A stretch of 41,473 nucleotides of DNA from an uncultured archaeon. GTDB taxonomy: Archaea > Aenigmatarchaeota > Aenigmatarchaeia > CG10238-14 > SCSR01. The notes below the pieces were generated by a model. It saw only the letters and a program-made list of their open reading frames with translations. It made no database searches and was not told where the DNA came from. How positions within the stretch are numbered: the first letter of the stretch is position 1; the number at the start of each line of letters is the position of its first letter. The position numbers were made by a program, and so were the translations under genes. Shown here piece by piece: positions 36,750 to 41,473 of the stretch. The stretch is from positions 1 to 41,473 of the forward strand of contig CAZMWU010000002.1 in NCBI GenBank assembly GCA_964570195.1, given 5' to 3'.

Positions 36750-36941
36750 TTACCGTGTTACTTTAAGTCTTTCCTTTAAAAAATTAATTCGGCTTTGCAA
36801 AAACTTGGCTTCCTTGACACTTTTAGCGAAAAATAAAGCCTGCTGACTTTCCATAAGTTGTTCTTGTAAAAACTGGTTATGCACCTCAATAAGTCTATTT
36901 CCATTTGTCTTACCATTGACAGTTCTAAATCCATTAGTCAT
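36750..36941 (-). CDS. Small hypothetical coiled-coil protein
   Basis: An internal Met (63 aa) is preferred, because the 100-aa version overlaps the cca start region and has a non-protein-like N-terminus. Confidence 0.25.
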   Translation of the reverse strand: MTNGFRTVNGKTNGNRLIEVHNQFLQEQLMESQQALFFAKSVKEAKFLQSRINFLKERLKVTR

Positions 36942-37042
36942 AGTCACTATACAGTAGTTACTTATATATAAGCTTTTCGGTAGTTCACTACATATTAGTA
37001 ACGAAATCTGAAAATCTAGGAATACGACCAAATCTAAATAGA

Positions 37043-38491
37043 ATGCAAACAAATAGATTAATTATGAAAATGAATTATCAGAAGATTTTATCAAAAGTTC
37101 TGAATAAAATCAAACCAAAAGAGACAGAGGAAAAATTCCTGACTGAACTATCGCAAAAGACGCTTGAGATTACCAAAGAAAAAGCCAAAAAATATCATGC
37201 TAAAGCTATTCTAGCAGGCAGCATCACCAGAAACACATGGCTACCTGGCAAAAGAGAGTTTGATGTCTTTATTCTATTCTCACCAGATTTGCCAGAAAAC
37301 AAACTGGAGGAATATGGACTGTTGGTTGGTAGGGAAGTTGTCAAACAGCTAAAAGGCAAGTTCTCGGTAGAATACGCGCAACACCCTTATGCATCCGGAT
37401 TAGTTCAAGGTGTGGATATAGACATAGTCCCTTGTTATGAGGTTGAATCTGCTGAAAAGATCAAATCTGCCGTCGACAGGACGCCATTTCATGTTAGATA
37501 TATAGAAAAGAATCTCCCATCGACACTGTCAGATGAAGTCAGATTACTGAAGCAATTCCTCACCGCTAATAAAATCTACGGAGCGGATGCCAAAACCGAA
37601 GGATTTTCTGGTTATGTCTGTGAATTGCTGACGATTCGTTATGGCGGATTCACCGAAGTCCTGAAAGCTGCATCCAATTGGAATCCAGGCGAAGTTATCG
37701 ATTTAGAAAATCATTATAAAAAAGAAGAATACAATCAACTGAGAACCAAATTCAAAAACAATCCCTTAATTTTGATAGACCCTACCGACAAAAACAGAAA
37801 TACAGGATCTCCTATATCTGCGGAAAAGTTTCTAAAAGTTAGAAAACTTGCAAAAGAATTTTTAGATAAACCAAGTGAAAAATATTTCTCAGAAAAGAAA
37901 TTGCAACCAATTACAAACAAAGAATTATCAAAAATACAAACCCAGAGAAAAACCGAATTATTGTTAATCAAATTTACACCACCAAAAGTAGTTCCTGATA
38001 TTTTGTGGCCGCAGTTAAGAAGATTCGCTGAAAGATTGCAAGAGATTTTGGAAGAAACCAAATACGAGTTTAAAGTTTTGAGAAGGGGTGTATATTCTAA
38101 CGAAAAAGACTTGGCTGTAGTTTTGCTTGAAATGGAAGTAAACAGATTGCCACATGTACAGAAAAGAATCGGTCCTAGTGTGTTTGATTCAAATGATTCA
38201 GCAAGATTCTTGGAAAAGTATAGTAAACCATTGACAGGTCCGTTTGTCGAAAATGTTAACTGGGTTGTAGAGGTTAAGCGTAAATTCATTACAGCTCATG
38301 AAAAGCTTGTGGACAGCCTTAAGAAGAACGCAGAAATACTAAGAGCAAAAGGCATACCAAACTACATAGCCGAGCAAATTGCAAAAGGATACGAAATGGT
38401 GCCCGAAAACAAAATAACAAACTTGATAAAAAAAGATAAAAACTTTGGTATATTTTTAAGAAGTTACTTTGAAAAAGAAAATTTGGTTTAG
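37043..38491 (+). CDS. cca: Archaeal class I CCA-adding enzyme (tRNA nucleotidyltransferase)
   Basis: GS..R.TWL.G..E.DVF.LF nucleotidyltransferase motif, RTPFH and LLK.F. About 470 aa. The true start is probably a downstream Met (37067 or 37073). Confidence 0.9.
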   Translation: MQTNRLIMKMNYQKILSKVLNKIKPKETEEKFLTELSQKTLEITKEKAKKYHAKAILAGSITRNTWLPGKREFDVFILFSPDLPENKLEEYGLLVGREVVKQLKGKFSVEYAQHPYASGLVQGVDIDIVPCYEVESAEKIKSAVDRTPFHVRYIEKNLPSTLSDEVRLLKQFLTANKIYGADAKTEGFSGYVCELLTIRYGGFTEVLKAASNWNPGEVIDLENHYKKEEYNQLRTKFKNNPLILIDPTDKNRNTGSPISAEKFLKVRKLAKEFLDKPSEKYFSEKKLQPITNKELSKIQTQRKTELLLIKFTPPKVVPDILWPQLRRFAERLQEILEETKYEFKVLRRGVYSNEKDLAVVLLEMEVNRLPHVQKRIGPSVFDSNDSARFLEKYSKPLTGPFVENVNWVVEVKRKFITAHEKLVDSLKKNAEILRAKGIPNYIAEQIAKGYEMVPENKITNLIKKDKNFGIFLRSYFEKENLV

Positions 38492-38530
38492 CGTTAAATA
38501 ATTTTCTATTTAATAACTTAGTAGGAATCT

Positions 38531-39370
38531 ATGACTACGACAACGGCTCAGTACAATGTTTTGGGAGTAGGATCTGTAAAACTAGATGGTGGTGTACTTT
38601 TTACTACAGTTCCGAGAGAAGAATGGGAAGGAGATTTTAAACCTGATAGAAAAAACAGAATTAAACTGGATATAAGTTCCCTACTAATTAGACGAGAGGA
38701 CATGACTGTTTTAGTAAATCCTGGCGTAGGAAATATAGAATTACCTGAACATATTGAACAAAAATACGGAATAAATACAGATCATCTTTCCAGAGGACTA
38801 CGTGAGCATGGAGTATCAGCTAAGGATATAGATGCTGTAATCTTGACATCTCCTCGATTTTATTTTTCTGGAGGTTGTATACGTACGGATAGACATGGAA
38901 AGCTTATCCAAGCTTTCTCACAGGCACGTTACTTTGTGCAAAAAACTGCATGGGATGAAGCACTAACCACTAGTGAACTTAATTCGGAATTTTATTTTAT
39001 CGATCTTCGTACTCTTGAGGAAAAAGGTACTTTAGTGTTAATAAACGGTGATGACGAGATACTTCCTGGGATTCATATAGAAAGTGTTGATAATGGTCGC
39101 CACCAAAATGTCTATACCAGTGTAGGTTCAGAAAGAATTAGATATGTAGGTGATATGTTTCCAACTGAATTACATATCGATAGACCCGGTTGTATATCAG
39201 CATATTGTGAAACCCCAAGAGTTATGTTAGCGTCTAAAAAGGAAGTTTTAAGACGTGCAGAAAAGGATGGTGAACGTCTTATTTTTGGCTTAAGCTATGG
39301 TGAAAAAGTTGGAGGATATCGAGAAAACCGTAATGGTGGAAGTAGTACACGATGGATAAAATTACCTTAG
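38531..39370 (+). CDS. Metallo-beta-lactamase-fold-like protein lacking the HxHxDH metal site
   Basis: Overall MBL-like layout. The position where HxHxDH is expected reads VILTSPRFYFSGG. Confidence 0.5.
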   Translation: MTTTTAQYNVLGVGSVKLDGGVLFTTVPREEWEGDFKPDRKNRIKLDISSLLIRREDMTVLVNPGVGNIELPEHIEQKYGINTDHLSRGLREHGVSAKDIDAVILTSPRFYFSGGCIRTDRHGKLIQAFSQARYFVQKTAWDEALTTSELNSEFYFIDLRTLEEKGTLVLINGDDEILPGIHIESVDNGRHQNVYTSVGSERIRYVGDMFPTELHIDRPGCISAYCETPRVMLASKKEVLRRAEKDGERLIFGLSYGEKVGGYRENRNGGSSTRWIKLP

Positions 39371-39405
39371 ATTATTCTTTAATTTCATTTAACTAAATAG
39401 ATTAT

Positions 39406-40326
39406 ATGCTTCAGATAACATTCTTAGGCACGGTATCGGGTATACCAACCAAAGACAGGAATCATTCAGCAATAATTTTCGAGCATTACACAGATAAGAA
39501 ATCAACCTTGCTTTTTGATTGTGGAGAAGGTACGCAAAAACAATTGATGATGTCCGGAATTAGTTTCATGGATATTGACAACATCTTCATTTCACATTGG
39601 CATGCAGACCATTTCGCAGGATTGATTCCTTTAATACAGACAATGAACATGGAGAAACGAAAAAAAGAACTGACGATATTTGGACCAGAGGCAGAAAGGT
39701 TCGTAGCTGACATAATTGATTTAGGATATTTTGGCTTGAGATTCCCTGTAAATGCAATCAATGTCCCTTTCGAGGGGAGTGAAATAACAAAAATTTTTGA
39801 CGCAGAAGAGTTCGAAGTTTTATCCATACCGACTTTGCATACTGTTCCAAGTGCAGCTTACTGCTTTAAGGAAAAGGACAGATGGAACATTGATTTGAAT
39901 AAACTGAAGGAATTAGGATTAAAAAGAGGGTACTGGTTGAACAAACTCAAAAAACACGGTGAAGCTGAATACAAAAGTAAAAAAATTAAAATCGAAGATA
40001 TTTCCAATAAAACAGAAGGACTGAAAGTTGTATATACAGGCGACACAAAACCATGCGAGACTGTGGTGAAGATATCACAGAAAGCTGATATTTTGATTCA
40101 TGATGGTACATTTCTAGAATTGGACGAGTCTCAAGGCAAATATCATGCTGATGTTGCGGAAGCGGCAAAGATTGCAAAAAAAGCGGATGTAAAACAATTA
40201 ATATTGACACACTTAAGCCGGCGATACAACAAGGATGATATCAAAGAAATGGAAGAAAGAGCCAAAAAAATATTCCCGAATACAAAAATTGCACATGACT
40301 TCATGAAAGTTGAGTTAAAACTTTAA
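39406..40326 (+). CDS. rnz: Ribonuclease Z (tRNA 3' endonuclease)
   Basis: MLQITFLGT... N-terminus and the HxHxDH motif (SHWHADHFAG). C-terminal THLS.R. 306 aa. Confidence 0.9.
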   Translation: MLQITFLGTVSGIPTKDRNHSAIIFEHYTDKKSTLLFDCGEGTQKQLMMSGISFMDIDNIFISHWHADHFAGLIPLIQTMNMEKRKKELTIFGPEAERFVADIIDLGYFGLRFPVNAINVPFEGSEITKIFDAEEFEVLSIPTLHTVPSAAYCFKEKDRWNIDLNKLKELGLKRGYWLNKLKKHGEAEYKSKKIKIEDISNKTEGLKVVYTGDTKPCETVVKISQKADILIHDGTFLELDESQGKYHADVAEAAKIAKKADVKQLILTHLSRRYNKDDIKEMEERAKKIFPNTKIAHDFMKVELKL

Positions 40327-40584
40327 CACTCTATCTCCAATGATTCCAAATGCTTTATTCGTTAAAATCTCCATTAGTTTGTCATAAAAAGGTTCAAGTT
40401 TTCTCAAACTTCTTTTATCGCCAAATAACCAATACTTCAAATTACAAATTTCTTTAGAGCCATCAGGATCGATTCTATATGATGCACTTGCCAAAACAGG
40501 TACCCTTCTATCACCCACCCGAATTTCATGATAAAGATGAAGTGGTTTATATAAAGAAGAAAAATACTCGAAATCATTCATCAA
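40315..40584 (-). CDS. Hypothetical protein (89 aa)
   Basis: ORF only. Overlaps the rnz 3' end by 12 nt on the opposite strand. Confidence 0.3.
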   Translation of the reverse strand: MMNDFEYFSSLYKPLHLYHEIRVGDRRVPVLASASYRIDPDGSKEICNLKYWLFGDKRSLRKLEPFYDKLMEILTNKAFGIIGDRVLKF

Positions 40585-40634
40585 ATAAATTTGTACTTAA
40601 ACCGATATAAATACCATAGACTATTTTTATAACT

Positions 40635-41150
40635 ATGAACTGGACTATGGTAGGTTTCATAATTGCCGTTATTGTTCTGTATGCGACAGTTTATTTTGTC
40701 AATCCAAAGAATGTAAAGATAGCGTTTGATTCCACTGTATACCAGCTTTTCCATCCGCAGCAGGGGTTTGCATATCTGATCATTGCATCATTTCTGATAT
40801 CCAGCATGCTTGTGCTGATACTGCCAAAGGAATTGATTTCAGCGTGGCTAGGTAAAGAGTCTGGGTTAAGGGGTATATCTCTTGGAACGTTATTAGGCGC
40901 ATTGACACCCGGAGGACCGTTTTTGACATTCCCGATACTGGTGGGATTTTGGAAAGCTGGGACAGGAGTAGGTCCTATAATCGCGTATCTGACAAGCTGG
41001 TCGCTTCTTGGTTTGCAAAGGGTATTGGTATGGGAATTACCGTTCTTAGGACCAAAATTTGTTGCGGTAAGAATTGCTATTTCTTTACTCATCCCTATAA
41101 TTCTAGGAATTTTAGGACAATGGATTTTCAATTGGCTTAAATTAGGATAA
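40635..41150 (+). CDS. Half-size permease-like membrane protein (COG0701/DUF318-like)
   Basis: About 5 hydrophobic helices with a Gly/Pro-rich re-entrant-like segment (LTPGGPFLTFPILVGFW). Family assignment is from general resemblance only. Confidence 0.45.
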   Translation: MNWTMVGFIIAVIVLYATVYFVNPKNVKIAFDSTVYQLFHPQQGFAYLIIASFLISSMLVLILPKELISAWLGKESGLRGISLGTLLGALTPGGPFLTFPILVGFWKAGTGVGPIIAYLTSWSLLGLQRVLVWELPFLGPKFVAVRIAISLLIPIILGILGQWIFNWLKLG

Positions 41151-41175
41151 ATAGTTTATGTAATTAAGAAATGTT

Positions 41176-41391
41176 ATGGAGTATTTGGTTACAGCCATTT
41201 TAAGAGAAACGTCAGGAACCGAACTGCAAGAAGTAGAAATGAGAGCTTCGAGGTTTGGGAGTTATCGTAGTGGTTCATGGCACGATGGTACTTATTCGGC
41301 TAAATTTGAAGCGCAACATGATGCGCTTCAGTACATATCTTGGCTACTCGGTAACAACAGTATAAGAAGAGCTTCAATTGAACGTAAATGA
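41176..41391 (+). CDS. Hypothetical protein (71 aa)
   Basis: ORF only. Confidence 0.3.
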   Translation: MEYLVTAILRETSGTELQEVEMRASRFGSYRSGSWHDGTYSAKFEAQHDALQYISWLLGNNSIRRASIERK

Positions 41392-41473
41392 TGGGCATGG
41401 AGAGATTTGAACTCTCGACCCCCTGCTTTCTTAGATATACGGAGCAAAGTCGTATAAGACAGGTGCTCCAACC
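41392..41473 (-). tRNA. tRNA-Ile(UAU), 3' portion (5' end lies beyond the window), with a canonical 25-nt intron
   Basis: On the minus strand the gene reads ...GAGC-A, then the anticodon stem CCTGT/GCAGG. The loop is CTTATA|A once the intron at 41428-41452 is removed. The variable loop is GGGTC, the T-arm is GAGAG-TTCAAAT-CTCTC and the 3' acceptor is CATGCCC, with discriminator A. A bulge-helix-bulge can be drawn (CTTA/TAAG central helix). Confidence 0.65.

Noticed and set aside
1-41473. CRISPR arrays, or IS elements with terminal inverted repeats.
   Set aside because: Reading the intergenic regions revealed no regularly spaced direct repeats and no transposase-like ORFs. The only repeats seen are the 18-bp duplication in cmk and the 13.5-kb hairpin.

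Overview
This is a low-GC archaeal chromosome segment. All product calls come from motifs read in the supplied translations; no database search was run. Split rpoB, multi-intron tRNAs and a tRNA-Ile(UAU) suggest a small-genome, DPANN-like archaeon, which is inference only.

(1) Conserved core: a minus-strand transcription/translation block runs rpoH, rpoB'', rpoB', rpoA', rpoA'', rpl30e, nusA, rps12, rps7, aEF-2, aEF-1alpha (27.9 to 15.4 kb).

(2) Main finding: rps10, the usual next gene after aEF-1alpha, sits at 3.7-4.0 kb. It is separated from tuf by about 11.4 kb of accessory DNA (4.0-15.4 kb). This segment starts with a tyrosine integrase and carries a tightly packed operon of secreted or membrane-anchored proteins, led by a 763-aa protein with an M64-type HEFGHSFGKLADEY zinc-peptidase motif. 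It also holds a wHTH / HhH-like / membrane-protein operon and a plasmid- or virus-like block of overlapping small regulator genes. I read it as an integrated mobile element carrying an uncharacterised cell-surface module. I could not find att repeats by eye.

(3) RNA genes: just upstream of rpoH is a tRNA-Tyr / 5S rRNA / tRNA-Asp cluster. tRNA-Tyr has two inferred introns and tRNA-Asp has three, including one in the T-loop with a textbook bulge-helix-bulge. There is also an intron-less tRNA-Gln(CUG), and a partial intron-containing tRNA-Ile(UAU) at the right edge.

(4) Housekeeping genes: rhomboid protease, RBBP9-like hydrolase, Ogg2 glycosylase, cytidylate kinase, nitroreductase, DNA ligase, a TrmB regulator and ThrRS. 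A tRNA-maturation cluster (CCA-adding enzyme, a metal-site-less MBL-fold protein, RNase Z) is also present.

No CRISPR array was seen.
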